IMG/VR virus record: IMGVR_UViG_3300018083_000004
Location: 1 to 57,735 of that record
Length of the DNA: 57,735 nucleotides
DNA from: a virus
Taxonomy: Duplodnaviria > Caudoviricetes
Strand: one strand, 5' to 3'
Shown: positions 7,386-17,797 of the stretch, piece after piece
How the letters are laid out: the number at the start of each line of letters is the position of its first letter
Numbering within the stretch: position 1 is the first letter of the stretch
Notes under the pieces: generated by a model
The model's database searches: none
What the model was told of the DNA's origin: nothing
The model's input: only the letters and a program-made list of their open reading frames with translations
Program-made: the position numbers and the translations under genes

Positions 7386-10300
7386 TCATCGACCTATCGC
7401 AGTCCAATTCGCCGATCCGGTCAACAGCGGCACCGAAGCGCCTGACAAGTCGAATGCGTATGAATCGATGACTCCGGTATTGACCGGAGTTGTACTAGTG
7501 GAGGCAGGTTTCCGCACGTAAAGGGTGGCGGTTGCATTGGCACGGATGCTTGTAGTGGCGCTAGCCGCTCCGACCTGGCGCAAGCTCTGGGCGAACACCG
7601 TAGCGCTCCACGGCGTGGCCGAGTGCGCCAGGAAACTGCCCTGATATGTGTACGATGCGCCGACGCCGATCTTGCTTGGCAAGAACGTGGCGCTATTGGT
7701 TTGGTATACGATCTGGTCGCGCAACACGTTGCGCGCGCTCAGCGATGCGCTCATGTTGCCCTCATATCTTCCGTTGGCATCTGTAAAATTTGAAGTCACT
7801 ATCAGGTCGTATGTATAGTTATATACGATCTGGTAGATTTCCCAGCTACCGTCGAATGGGTTTGCTGGGAAACCGCCACCGCCTGCGTTGACTGTGTTCT
7901 GATTAACGCCGCTGACCGAAACGGTGGCGATGGTCCGCGCTTGCGAATCGGTCAGCGTCTGATTGGAGTATTGATACTCAACCGCGCCGAACAACGTGCC
8001 GTCTTTGTCCGCCGTCTCGATCCCTAGTCTGCAATCCCAAGTGCCCGCCGATGGGAAATTGACTACTGCTCCGGCGGCCGTGAAAGCGTCCAGCACTTCC
8101 GACAGATCGATCCAAGCGCTGACCTGGCTGCCGGTCCAGGTCGGGCCGCCGGCCGTCTTCCAATACAGCGTCCAACGATACATGCGGTGGAAATACTGCC
8201 CGGAACCGTTGCCTCGTTTGCTGCGCGCCCGCAGATTTGGCGTAATGCGCAGGCAGTTGCCCGGCGTGGTGAAGGTTGCGACATCGAAAGCGTTCGAGGA
8301 GGTGTCGCCGCTGCTGGCGCCCATCGTTTGCGATCCGGTATTGGCGGTAAGTTGCAGCACGGCCACGACATCGAACTGCCAGCGGTTGGCGACGCCAGTA
8401 ATCTGTCTCACGTTTGTGGAGCCAAACACGACGCTCTGATCCTGCGCGCTCATCGTGCCAGACTTGTATACAGGCATCGCTGCCGGATTTACCGTGATCA
8501 ACGGCTGTTGTTCCCAATAGCCCGGAATTGCCACAGTCGAGCCACTCGCGGCCGTGCCGAACTCCATCCGGCGCAGATGATTGTAGGTGACATAACTGGA
8601 TAGAGCGGCGATGTACTTGCGAAACATGATGTCGCCGGCCGTGAGCAGCACATAATCTTGATTCGCGCCGGGCCCCTTGTATACGCTGATCGCGCCGTTG
8701 CCATCGATGATGATAGTACCGCCCAGCGTCATCTGGACATCGCTCGCCAGAGCACCGGTCGTAAGATTAGCGATCGACACATCGCCGTTGATCACCACAT
8801 CTGCGTTGATGCCAACAGCAAACGCGCCGCCCCCCATATCAACCACGCCGAGCGGGAAGTGCGTAACATCGTTGGGATCTTGGATAGCGAACGCGGTAGT
8901 GGAGAAGATTAGTTTGTCCTGCGCGTTGGTCCCGGACAGGATCTCGTTCATCCCAGCCATGAGATCGGACGCCGTCTGCGTGCTGGACGCCGGTGTGCCC
9001 GTGTACTCAGCGGCACCCGGTGCGCCGACGCCGAATACATCTTCCGAGGCGAATCTTAGAAAGTACGGCTGCTGAGGCGCTAGTCCGGAAATGACGAAGT
9101 CGGTATCGCTGCCGCGCCACCCTTCATTGCTCACGTCTGGTGTGAATCCGCTGTTGACGCTGATATAGATCACCACGCCAACATAGTCCTGCCCGCCAAA
9201 CGCTGTATAGCTTCCGTTAAGCATGCCGAAACCATCGTGGATCAGCACGTCGCTTGGTGCCAACGGCATCGGATTGCTCACCGTAAGGCGTGCTTCGCTA
9301 CTCACGCGCGCGTAGCGATCGCGCATCGCCACGCCAATGGTGAAGGTGCGCCGCGGAGCTCCGTGTCCGTCGTGCGCGTTTTCCACCAGGGTGTAGGTCC
9401 AATGCGGATCGGTCGTGTGTTCTACGCGCACTACGGCGCCGCTCGTCACGTCATAGATGCGGATCTCGAAGTCCAGGAAAATCGGATCCATCGACCCGCT
9501 GCTTGCGCCTTGAGGTTCGCTGCCAAGGTCGTAACTCGTGACAACAGCGTTATAGCGCCACGCAAATATGGCGTCTGGACCGTCAAAGATAGTGTCATTA
9601 TCCTGCCCGAACAATTCCAGCCCGCTGATCACGGGCTGACCAATAGGCGCCTTGTCGCGCACGGTATATGTGCTGCTAGCCGCTGGAGATATTCCGCCAC
9701 GCTTGCCCACTGCATACACGCGCCCGACATAACTACCGGGGCTAGACGGCAATTCGTAGAGAGTGCCGTTGATCTGCGTTGTGCGATAGACGATGCCGTA
9801 TTGAAATTGCCACTCTAGGATGTAGCCGGCCACAGTTTGCGCTGCGTCCGTCGGCGCTGTCCAAGATACATCCAGGCGCTGTTCTATCCCCTTTGCGGTA
9901 GCGACCGTAATCTCGGTCCAGGTGATATCTGTAGGGGGGGCTAATTGCTCGCGCGGTGGAAAATAGACCGTGGGCGGGCCTTGCAAAATCACGCCAGTGT
10001 CTACGGCCGCATACTTGTTCTCGTCGTGCGACAGGGCGGTGACAGAGTAGAGATTGGCGGCATCCTCCACCACGGCCACCACGCGCCACTTGGTGGGCAC
10101 CAAGTTAACGGATGAAACGATCCAGATAGCGGTTGGGAGCGGGGCCTGACTAAACGGAGCCGTCGGTACCAGCGTTGTGCCGGTAGTAGGCGTGATCGAG
10201 CGCGTTTCCAATGTCCCGTCCGGCAATACGCACGTGAGAAGCGCGCCGGCGTCATCGCCAATAATGGTGCCCGCGTCGATCACCACCGATGTAGTGGTGG

Positions 10301-11849
10301 CAGAGACGATGCGCCCGCCAGCCCGCGTACCGGCGCGGGAAGGGTCGTGGATCTCGATCAAAGCCCCGGGATAGACCGACACACCATCAAGAGCGCATTG
10401 GAAACTCACGGTCTCGGTTTCCAGGCGCTCGGTATATAACATCCACAGGCCCAGTCTATGTGCCTGTCCGCGAGAGGTGCAACCGAAAGCGGTGATCGGC
10501 GTGCTGACTACGCCATACCGCGCTACGCCGGCTTGATCCTCGACGTACTCTATCTTCTGCCGGCCGAAATCCGCCGGATCGTTCCAGGCCACCAGTGTTA
10601 CCGTGTGCCGCGCCTTCTGGCTGCTGCCTTGGTAAGTGAAGTTGCCGTGAACGACATTGGCTTGGTTGAATTGATATATAGGATCGCCCGGATGGTCGCT
10701 GACCGTAGTCAGATGCACGCCGGTCCAGTACATCATGCCGCGGAAGATTGAGGCCAGATTCTGCAGCAGCGTGTAGGCTTCCTCGGCGGTTTGCAGATAG
10801 ATATTGCACGTCATGCGCGGCTCGTTCCCGCCGAAGCCGTCATTCACCGTCTCGTCGCAGTATTGCCCGATCGCGTAGAGCGCCCATTTATCGTTTAGTT
10901 GCTCTGGATTGAATTCTCCCAGACCGTAGCGCGGCGTGGTGGCCATGTCGTAATACACCCAGGCAGGGTTGTCGCTCCACGCTATCTTGAAGGTTCCATC
11001 CCAAGCCCCGCTATACACGCGCGTGATTGGATCATAGTTTGCTGGCACCTTGATGCGCAGCAACTTCCAGTCGTAGGCGCGGCGCGGGACGCTGGAAAGT
11101 TGCTTGGCGTCGAACTGCAAGGCCACCAGCGCCGAATTAGGGTAACGGAATTTGCCGTCTATGATCTCCGTGTAGGAACTCCACACCATGTTGTTGACCA
11201 TGGTGGCGCGCGTGGAATCCGCGGTCAGTTTGCGCACGCGTATATCCCACGGCCCGTTGCCGGTAAGCTGGATGCGATGCGAGCGTTGATACGGCGTAGT
11301 TACCTTCGCGCTAACGGTAGCCTGCAATTCCATCACGTACCCTCCGCCATTGTTCTGCAGATCGATGGCGTAGGACACGCTGGTGCCGTGTATGTCTCCG
11401 GTATTTACGTCACTGTTGGTTAGTTGCGGGAAAGACAAGGTAATACGCGCCGCTGTGACATCGGCATTGACCACCGTTTTGACTACTGGCGCGGCTGATC
11501 CAACCAACAGACCGACGTCGATCTCGGTCTCGATCGCCGGAAATCCGTTGATATAGGACTGAGACTGCGTGCCGTTGCGAGTTTGCAGCGTCACACCCTG
11601 AAAGTTGTAGCTTCCGTCCGGGTTCTGGATCGGCGTATCGTTCAGATACACGCATTTGAGCGGATTGGCAACATCTACCGGTCCTTCCACCTCGCCCTCG
11701 GAAATCAGATCCAACACGCGGGCCAGCTGCTGCGAACGAGCAGAATCAGGATCTTCAACCGGAGTGCGCTGCTGCGGCGCCGACTCGCCACCGCCGAACA
11801 GCCCGCCGCCCTTGGCGCCAACGATGATTTCTAGATCACGATAGCCCAT
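7386..11849 (-). CDS. Central tail tip/host-specificity protein (lambda gpJ-like)
   Basis: GAKGGG, DLISEGEVEG, WSDNPAW, FGCTSRGQAHRLGLW motifs; FN3-like repeats; novel C-terminus. Confidence 0.95.
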   Translation of the reverse strand: MGYRDLEIIVGAKGGGLFGGGESAPQQRTPVEDPDSARSQQLARVLDLISEGEVEGPVDVANPLKCVYLNDTPIQNPDGSYNFQGVTLQTRNGTQSQSYINGFPAIETEIDVGLLVGSAAPVVKTVVNADVTAARITLSFPQLTNSDVNTGDIHGTSVSYAIDLQNNGGGYVMELQATVSAKVTTPYQRSHRIQLTGNGPWDIRVRKLTADSTRATMVNNMVWSSYTEIIDGKFRYPNSALVALQFDAKQLSSVPRRAYDWKLLRIKVPANYDPITRVYSGAWDGTFKIAWSDNPAWVYYDMATTPRYGLGEFNPEQLNDKWALYAIGQYCDETVNDGFGGNEPRMTCNIYLQTAEEAYTLLQNLASIFRGMMYWTGVHLTTVSDHPGDPIYQFNQANVVHGNFTYQGSSQKARHTVTLVAWNDPADFGRQKIEYVEDQAGVARYGVVSTPITAFGCTSRGQAHRLGLWMLYTERLETETVSFQCALDGVSVYPGALIEIHDPSRAGTRAGGRIVSATTTSVVIDAGTIIGDDAGALLTCVLPDGTLETRSITPTTGTTLVPTAPFSQAPLPTAIWIVSSVNLVPTKWRVVAVVEDAANLYSVTALSHDENKYAAVDTGVILQGPPTVYFPPREQLAPPTDITWTEITVATAKGIEQRLDVSWTAPTDAAQTVAGYILEWQFQYGIVYRTTQINGTLYELPSSPGSYVGRVYAVGKRGGISPAASSTYTVRDKAPIGQPVISGLELFGQDNDTIFDGPDAIFAWRYNAVVTSYDLGSEPQGASSGSMDPIFLDFEIRIYDVTSGAVVRVEHTTDPHWTYTLVENAHDGHGAPRRTFTIGVAMRDRYARVSSEARLTVSNPMPLAPSDVLIHDGFGMLNGSYTAFGGQDYVGVVIYISVNSGFTPDVSNEGWRGSDTDFVISGLAPQQPYFLRFASEDVFGVGAPGAAEYTGTPASSTQTASDLMAGMNEILSGTNAQDKLIFSTTAFAIQDPNDVTHFPLGVVDMGGGAFAVGINADVVINGDVSIANLTTGALASDVQMTLGGTIIIDGNGAISVYKGPGANQDYVLLTAGDIMFRKYIAALSSYVTYNHLRRMEFGTAASGSTVAIPGYWEQQPLITVNPAAMPVYKSGTMSAQDQSVVFGSTNVRQITGVANRWQFDVVAVLQLTANTGSQTMGASSGDTSSNAFDVATFTTPGNCLRITPNLRARSKRGNGSGQYFHRMYRWTLYWKTAGGPTWTGSQVSAWIDLSEVLDAFTAAGAVVNFPSAGTWDCRLGIETADKDGTLFGAVEYQYSNQTLTDSQARTIATVSVSGVNQNTVNAGGGGFPANPFDGSWEIYQIVYNYTYDLIVTSNFTDANGRYEGNMSASLSARNVLRDQIVYQTNSATFLPSKIGVGASYTYQGSFLAHSATPWSATVFAQSLRQVGAASATTSIRANATATLYVRKPASTSTTPVNTGVIDSYAFDLSGASVPLLTGSANWTAIGR

Positions 11850-11853
11850 GGCT

Positions 11854-12453
11854 CTAGAAGTCCTCCGCGAACAGACCGAACGAGATAGTCTGACTACCGG
11901 CAAAGACGCGCCCGTAACCGACCGGTACCGGATTGCCCTGGCCGACGGTGTTCACGGCGCCGTTGGCAAACGAGTAACTGGGTTGATTCTGCGTCGGCTC
12001 GGTGGTCTGAATCTTGGGTGGCTTGAACAGCAGCTGCGACACACCCATAAGCGCCAGACCCAATCCGACAGCGGCGATTGCTGAGGTTATGGTGGCCGCC
12101 CCGAACCCCAGCATGGCAGGCCCACCAATGAAACCTCCAATCGGACCAGCCAGAGCGATAAGAGCCACGCCGATGACGATGCCCCATACAGCGTTTTTCC
12201 CGCCGCATATCACGGGCACGATCTTAAGCACCTCCGGCCCCATCGGCTGTACCATGCGCTCAAGGTCGATGATCTGATCATCGAGCAACAGGCGAAAAGG
12301 CGCATCGCGTTGATCGAACATATAGCGCTCCCACTTGCGGCCGTAATTGGCCCGCAGGGCGCGCAGAGCCTCGCCGGGACTGTTCACGTCGTAGCGATGC
12401 ACGCGCCCGAATCGGCGTCCCAGATCGCCGTATAAACGGATCTCTCGCACCAT
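11854..12453 (-). CDS. Tail assembly protein (gpI-like)
   Basis: IRLYGDLGRRFGR and NTVGQGNPVPVGYGRVFAGS motifs; synteny. Confidence 0.93.
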   Translation of the reverse strand: MVREIRLYGDLGRRFGRVHRYDVNSPGEALRALRANYGRKWERYMFDQRDAPFRLLLDDQIIDLERMVQPMGPEVLKIVPVICGGKNAVWGIVIGVALIALAGPIGGFIGGPAMLGFGAATITSAIAAVGLGLALMGVSQLLFKPPKIQTTEPTQNQPSYSFANGAVNTVGQGNPVPVGYGRVFAGSQTISFGLFAEDF

Positions 12454-12454
12454 T

Positions 12455-13219
12455 TTAGAGTTTCACCATGGACTGATGTCTCACGAAACATCTCGAGTGC
12501 TTCATCCAATACCCGCCCCAGATATCCCTGCCGCTCAAGCGGCCCCACAGATGATGCAGAATCAACTGCTCGCCCAGATAGATCGCCGAATGGTTGGCGA
12601 CGTCCGCCTCGATCTGCATCAAGATCACGTCGCCAGGTTGTAGTTCCTCGATGCGCATAAATCCGGCTGCGGCGTAGCCTTGCAGATAGAGATCGGCGGG
12701 CGCTTCACCATTGGGCCCGCGCTTCCACCACAGCGGGCGTTGTGCCTCCACCGGAGGTGGGGGTACGTCAATGCCCAGCTCACGCTTGTACCAGTCCTGA
12801 ACCAACGTGTAGCAGTCCAGGACGCCATACACAAACTGTCGCCCGATCAATGGCGCCTCGTACTGGGACGGTTCTATGATCTGCAGATCGGACACTGGGA
12901 AACTTACGGTCACCCACGGCAAACCAGAACGTTCGCACCCCACCAGATCGCCCTGAGATGCGATCGCCTGGGCATCCGGATGGCTGTGCACCACCGCCAG
13001 CACGTCGCCGTGCGCCTCGTCCTCGGCCTGCACGTAATCCTCCGGATCGATCGCGAAGTGCTCACCGCCCTCGGCAATGTTCTTGCAGGGCCGATACAAC
13101 TGTCGTCCACGTCGCAATACGATCAGTCCACACGACTCGCGTTTCCCGGCAGGGCTCTCGTACTCGGCCTGCGCATGCTTGAAAATCGCAGACCGCGCCT
13201 CGTCCTCGATGTGCATCAT
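12455..13219 (-). CDS. Tail assembly protein (gpK-like, JAB plus NlpC/P60)
   Basis: ESCG, VVHSHPD...S..D, GVLDCYTLV and NHSAIYLG motifs. Confidence 0.93.
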   Translation of the reverse strand: MMHIEDEARSAIFKHAQAEYESPAGKRESCGLIVLRRGRQLYRPCKNIAEGGEHFAIDPEDYVQAEDEAHGDVLAVVHSHPDAQAIASQGDLVGCERSGLPWVTVSFPVSDLQIIEPSQYEAPLIGRQFVYGVLDCYTLVQDWYKRELGIDVPPPPVEAQRPLWWKRGPNGEAPADLYLQGYAAAGFMRIEELQPGDVILMQIEADVANHSAIYLGEQLILHHLWGRLSGRDIWGGYWMKHSRCFVRHQSMVKL

Positions 13220-13812
13220 GGCCTAAGCGCTCTTTCGGGTGACCAACCTGCCATCAATCTAGTCCACAGTGTGGCTCTGTTTATGCCAGTGATCTCTGAC
13301 CATTCGGCTAGGCAGCGGGTGAATCCGCCATACGTCACAAGGTGATTGGTACGTTTGTTCCTTTGCTGTTCCTGCGCGCCAGACCACTTGCAATTCGTCG
13401 GCTCGTAATTTCCAAAATTATCGATGCGCTCCAACGTAGTCCCGGATGCACGTGGACCCATGTCCGCGAAGAAATTTTTGAAGGATAGCCATCGATCACA
13501 GACCGAAATGCCTCTCGCACCATAGGCGTAATATTTTGGAAATTTTGGATTTCGACAACGTGAAAGCATCATCTGCCATGATCGATGTTCTGGACCGCCA
13601 TCTAGACCATGTCGATAATTCTTCTTGGTAACTAATTCTCGGCGCAAACATCCGCAAGATTGAGTGTTGCCATTTAATAACTTATAGATGTTGATCTCTT
13701 TGACGCATCCACAATCGCAGCGACACAGCCAAATCGCAGCGCCATTCTTTTTGACGCCCGTAAATTCACTCGCCATCAATCGGCCAAAACGTCGTCCTTG
13801 GATATTGTTCAT
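13216..13812 (-). CDS. HNH-type homing endonuclease
   Basis: GRRFGRL, WLCRCDCG, SCGC, YGARGISVCDRW, LERIDNFGNYEPTNCKW; AT-rich; ATGA overlaps on both sides. Confidence 0.85.
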   Translation of the reverse strand: MNNIQGRRFGRLMASEFTGVKKNGAAIWLCRCDCGCVKEINIYKLLNGNTQSCGCLRRELVTKKNYRHGLDGGPEHRSWQMMLSRCRNPKFPKYYAYGARGISVCDRWLSFKNFFADMGPRASGTTLERIDNFGNYEPTNCKWSGAQEQQRNKRTNHLVTYGGFTRCLAEWSEITGINRATLWTRLMAGWSPERALRP

Positions 13813-15290
13813 GTCAGCCCGCAACCCGGGAATCCTCCGAACGGTAACTCGTCGTTCGGCCAGTTGCGCAGCTTGCAACTGGTGATGCGGCGCCCGCAAT
13901 TGTCCTCTGCCAGATTGCTGGTTGGTGTGTCGTCGAGTTTGGCGACCGCATTGCCCGTGTAGCCGCATTCGGCGCTGCGATACTTCCATGGACACACGTT
14001 CTGAATAATTTTTCTGCGCGGCAGCGTGACACCCTGCACGTCCCACGGCGCTGTCAGCTCGAACTCGATATAGACTTTATTCTCCGAAGCCTTGCGATCG
14101 ATGTACCAAGTTTCATCCGGCCAGTGTGCATTCGGATCCGGTGTCAACACGCTCGGCGCCCAGACTTCGCAGGCTGTGCTGGCGTTGGGCAATGCAACCG
14201 CGCTCTCTACCGTGCGGATGTAAGTGCCCAGACTGTTGGCTCGCTCCGCCTGCAAGCCTCCGAACTGAGCGGAGCCGGTCGCCGTGAGGGTATCGATAGT
14301 CCACGCATGCGGTCCGACCGCGGGATATAGCCCGATGCGCAAGATCGTATTGCCTAGTCCGTTGTTGGCGATCACCACCGATACGCGCCAGCAGTCGCTC
14401 AGGGTCTGCACCACCACGTTCGCCTCCCCGTTGAGTTCAGCTCCCGTATCGGTGTTGATGCGCAGATTGATATACGGATTGACCGAGCCGTTGACCAGAT
14501 AAACGTTCATGCCAAAGGTGGGCGCCGTGCCGCCGCTTGTCTTGGCGACGTAGATCGACACGACATAGCTGGCCGTGTCGTTCGGCAAACCGGTCATGTC
14601 CTGAGTGACGCCCTCATAGGCGCCCGCGGCGTCGTCTTGCACGCCATCGAGCGTCACGCCCGCTGCCGTGATCATCGATGCAGCCGTTACCACCGGCGTG
14701 CCGATAGCGGTCCACACAGCGCCAGGCGTCAATGCCTCGGCATAGCGGCACATATTCGTGGCCCATCTGGGCCCGACCGTCGCGGTGCGCGACGCGCCGT
14801 CGTAATCGATCACCAGACCACTCTGCACGCTGCCAGCCCCGCTCACCAGCTTGATCGTCATGCCCACATAGGCGTCATCGTTGGATGCCGCGTCGCCCGG
14901 CAACTGGAGCGTCGTCGTCCCGCCCGCCGCTGCAGTAGCCGAATAGGCAATCGCGTTCGCCGCATCCAGGTACTTGGCCAACGTGCGCTTGCGCGTGATC
15001 TTGGCTCCTACCAGATCATCGTATTGATGCACCAGGGATCCGATAAACCCATTGATATTCGCGAAGCGTATGGTTGGCCGCGGCAAGGTACCGCGCACGT
15101 TGAGCTCGAAGCCGGTGGCCTCAACTGGAAACGGCGTATAGGTATTCCCCTGCCATACAATCGGCCGCATGTTTGCATTGCGCCCTGGATGATAGCGCGT
15201 CAACCCGCCGCCCACGGCGCTGGCGTCCAGCTCGTAGAGATCAATAATGGCCCCAGGCGTAGCTGACTGTACATCCGATGCAATGCTCAC
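13809..15290 (-). CDS. Minor tail protein gpL-like with a large internal insertion
   Basis: IDLYELD, WQGNTYTPFPVEATGFE, RKRTLAKYLDA, then an insert of about 270 aa, then WYIDRK, CPWKYRSAECGY, C..RITSCKLR, FGGFPG. Confidence 0.9.
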   Translation of the reverse strand: MSIASDVQSATPGAIIDLYELDASAVGGGLTRYHPGRNANMRPIVWQGNTYTPFPVEATGFELNVRGTLPRPTIRFANINGFIGSLVHQYDDLVGAKITRKRTLAKYLDAANAIAYSATAAAGGTTTLQLPGDAASNDDAYVGMTIKLVSGAGSVQSGLVIDYDGASRTATVGPRWATNMCRYAEALTPGAVWTAIGTPVVTAASMITAAGVTLDGVQDDAAGAYEGVTQDMTGLPNDTASYVVSIYVAKTSGGTAPTFGMNVYLVNGSVNPYINLRINTDTGAELNGEANVVVQTLSDCWRVSVVIANNGLGNTILRIGLYPAVGPHAWTIDTLTATGSAQFGGLQAERANSLGTYIRTVESAVALPNASTACEVWAPSVLTPDPNAHWPDETWYIDRKASENKVYIEFELTAPWDVQGVTLPRRKIIQNVCPWKYRSAECGYTGNAVAKLDDTPTSNLAEDNCGRRITSCKLRNWPNDELPFGGFPGCGLT

Positions 15291-15308
15291 CTCTGTCTCT
15301 CCAATTAC

Positions 15309-16619
15309 TTACATTTCGGGAAACACTATCCCAACGTTCGCCGATAGCACAATGGCGGTTTTGGCAGGGCTGATCGTTACAGTGTTGGAGCCTGTGGTAA
15401 GCGCTTGCGTGGTGGAAGAGACGCCGATCGTTTCTATCGTCAGCGTCCCGCTGCTAGGTGAATTGATCTTGAACGTGGCGGACTGAACTGATCCAGTAGT
15501 CTGCCACACGGCCAGGCGCGAACCAGATCCCGGAACTGTCATGTGCACTGCTTGAATCACGCCCTTCTTTCTATAGCTCGCATTGTTGGCAGCGTGCACG
15601 TGTCCAAAAGCAGCGGTCACTGCCGCCGCCGAAGTTTTTGGAGTAGATCCGTCGTTCAGAAAAACTCCGAAGCTGTTGTTGGACCCACCGTCGGCGCCAT
15701 CATCTCTGAGTGCATAATAGGTGATATATTCTAGAGGCACCGCGCGCAACAGAAACGGGTATCGGCTGTAATATTCCGCCTGCTTAGCTTGCGTCAACGC
15801 ATAGAACGTGTTGCCGGTGAAATACCCGGTCTCTGTTAGATGGAGTTTCTTGCCTAAACCCCACTGTGACTTGACGAAATCGCATGTCTGTTTTATCAGA
15901 GCGTAAAGCTCCTCCGGTTCTTTCTGAGGCTGCCCGTTTCCATAATAGTGCAGCGAAAATGCATCGACTGCCGCGGCGCACCCGGGGGCAGATAGAAACG
16001 CGCTGGTCCAAGCCGAGTATCCTCCGCCCCACATTGGATCTGCAACGGTTGGAGCCGTTACCTGCAAGCCAGCGTTGACAGACTTAACCTTTGTGTATGA
16101 CGCCGCGATCAGAGCAACGAGATCCGGAACCTCCGATATAGAATCGTAATGAGTTGAAAAATTGGTTAGGTTTGGTTCGTTCCAAATCTCCGGTGAAAAG
16201 TTAGTATACCCCCGGGTATACATCTGAGAACATATCTCGTGAACGTAATCAGCGAAGTGCCCTTGCCATATCGCGCTGGTAGAGTCCTCGGCGTACACCG
16301 GGCCGTTTCCGTAGGCCATGACAGGAATATATGCAATGTCGTAGTTCTGAGAAGCAACGCGGGCGAGAGCTGCAAAAATCTGCTGTGATGCTGCCGATCC
16401 GGTGGGACTAAATACGTAATTACCAGCTGATGGTTCCGCAGTGCCCCAGCTTATGCTGTCGCGCCAAACCCTTGCGTTGATAGAGCGAAGTTTATCCATG
16501 TAATTGGATCCAGTTCCCCACCCTTGACCAATGTGCAAGTTGAAGCCCTGGCGTTGTTGTCCAGTGATCCCACGGCTTAGAACGGTCCATCCGGACGCGT
16601 CGGGTGCGATGACGGTCAT
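15309..16619 (-). CDS. GH-A clan glycoside hydrolase (GH39/GH5-like), possible virion depolymerase
   Basis: EIWNEPN acid/base, DAFSLHYY and LHLTETGY nucleophile motifs. Confidence 0.8.
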   Translation of the reverse strand: MTVIAPDASGWTVLSRGITGQQRQGFNLHIGQGWGTGSNYMDKLRSINARVWRDSISWGTAEPSAGNYVFSPTGSAASQQIFAALARVASQNYDIAYIPVMAYGNGPVYAEDSTSAIWQGHFADYVHEICSQMYTRGYTNFSPEIWNEPNLTNFSTHYDSISEVPDLVALIAASYTKVKSVNAGLQVTAPTVADPMWGGGYSAWTSAFLSAPGCAAAVDAFSLHYYGNGQPQKEPEELYALIKQTCDFVKSQWGLGKKLHLTETGYFTGNTFYALTQAKQAEYYSRYPFLLRAVPLEYITYYALRDDGADGGSNNSFGVFLNDGSTPKTSAAAVTAAFGHVHAANNASYRKKGVIQAVHMTVPGSGSRLAVWQTTGSVQSATFKINSPSSGTLTIETIGVSSTTQALTTGSNTVTISPAKTAIVLSANVGIVFPEM

Positions 16620-17797
16620 GTTGTGAGCGCCTGTAATTGAGCGTTAGTCAACGGTATCTTCCACAGCTTCAGATTTTTGATGGACCCAAAGGCGCCGTAG
16701 GTCGCCACGCTGATAGACCGACCGATGTCGATCTGCGAAGTCGTTGGCATCGTTGCAACAGTGTCTTCTGTAGCTAGAGAGCCATCGGCGCAGAGCTGCA
16801 CGGAATTTAATTTCCATCTCCCTGCCAATTTAATCGGCACTCCAACAGAAGAGACGGCGCCTAGCACGGACGCTTGCGTGACGTTCCCATCAACAGAAAG
16901 CAATTGCTTGTTACTCGCAGACGTAATCCCCGCCTCAATTCGTTCGTTGCCAGTGTTATCGTTCACGGAGACGTATCTGCAATTGATGACCCCGCTCGCG
17001 TCAACGTAAAGAGGCATCGCCTCGAAGTACAACGAACCCTGTGCGCCAAAATTTCCGACGCCCGAAAAGGTGAAGACGTCCTGATTGCGAGTAGCGCTAG
17101 CCGTGGTCGTCGGAATGGGCGTCGACGGGATTGGAACTGCGGTCTCGTATTGCCCCATGTCGATCGCCACCGCATCGCCAGATGTGACAATGCGAATGCC
17201 AACACTTGGATTCGCTTGCGTGCCGGTCACCCAGAATTGCGTCCAGTTAGATGAAATGGTCTGGGTTGTCCAGGCAGTGCCGCCATTGATGGTCAACTGG
17301 ACGTTGCCGGACCCAGAGATTCTCTTAAGCCAGAAACTTCCGACGCCGACCGCGCTTGCCAGAGTGATCGCCTGCAAGACAGTTGCGTTTCCAGAGGTGG
17401 CGGCAAACTTCGACGCGCTGTTTGCCGCGCCATCGATCCCGGTTTGATCCTTCGTAGCCGTCCCATTGACTTTGGTCCAAGACGTTGCATTCGTTAGATC
17501 TCGACTCTGTAGGAGCAGATTTGTGCGCGCCGCCTCAGCTAAATATCCTCGATATACATGCGCTGCGTCATAGTAGGAACGCGCAATGCCGGAAGCAACT
17601 TGCGCCCACAGCCCTGTAGAAAGGCATGTCCAGGCAGTCGTTGCCCGCGTGAACGTCGCTGGATCCCAGTCCGCGCCGCTGCTCAAACTGATATCTGCTG
17701 CCCCGCCCCCAAGATCCGCCAGGTTTACCGCAAACATTGGTGGAGGGATGAGGCTCCCCGGCTTGACGCGCAGAGAATTTACCTGCCCCTTGATCAC
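16616..17797 (-). CDS. Virion fibre/spike protein with CBM-like and LamG-like domains
   Basis: TFTRATTA...GYLAEAARTNLLLQS, SFWLKRISGSG, QYE...STPIPTT..ATR, C-terminal LTNAQLQALT. Confidence 0.7.
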   Translation of the reverse strand: MIKGQVNSLRVKPGSLIPPPMFAVNLADLGGGAADISLSSGADWDPATFTRATTAWTCLSTGLWAQVASGIARSYYDAAHVYRGYLAEAARTNLLLQSRDLTNATSWTKVNGTATKDQTGIDGAANSASKFAATSGNATVLQAITLASAVGVGSFWLKRISGSGNVQLTINGGTAWTTQTISSNWTQFWVTGTQANPSVGIRIVTSGDAVAIDMGQYETAVPIPSTPIPTTTASATRNQDVFTFSGVGNFGAQGSLYFEAMPLYVDASGVINCRYVSVNDNTGNERIEAGITSASNKQLLSVDGNVTQASVLGAVSSVGVPIKLAGRWKLNSVQLCADGSLATEDTVATMPTTSQIDIGRSISVATYGAFGSIKNLKLWKIPLTNAQLQALTT

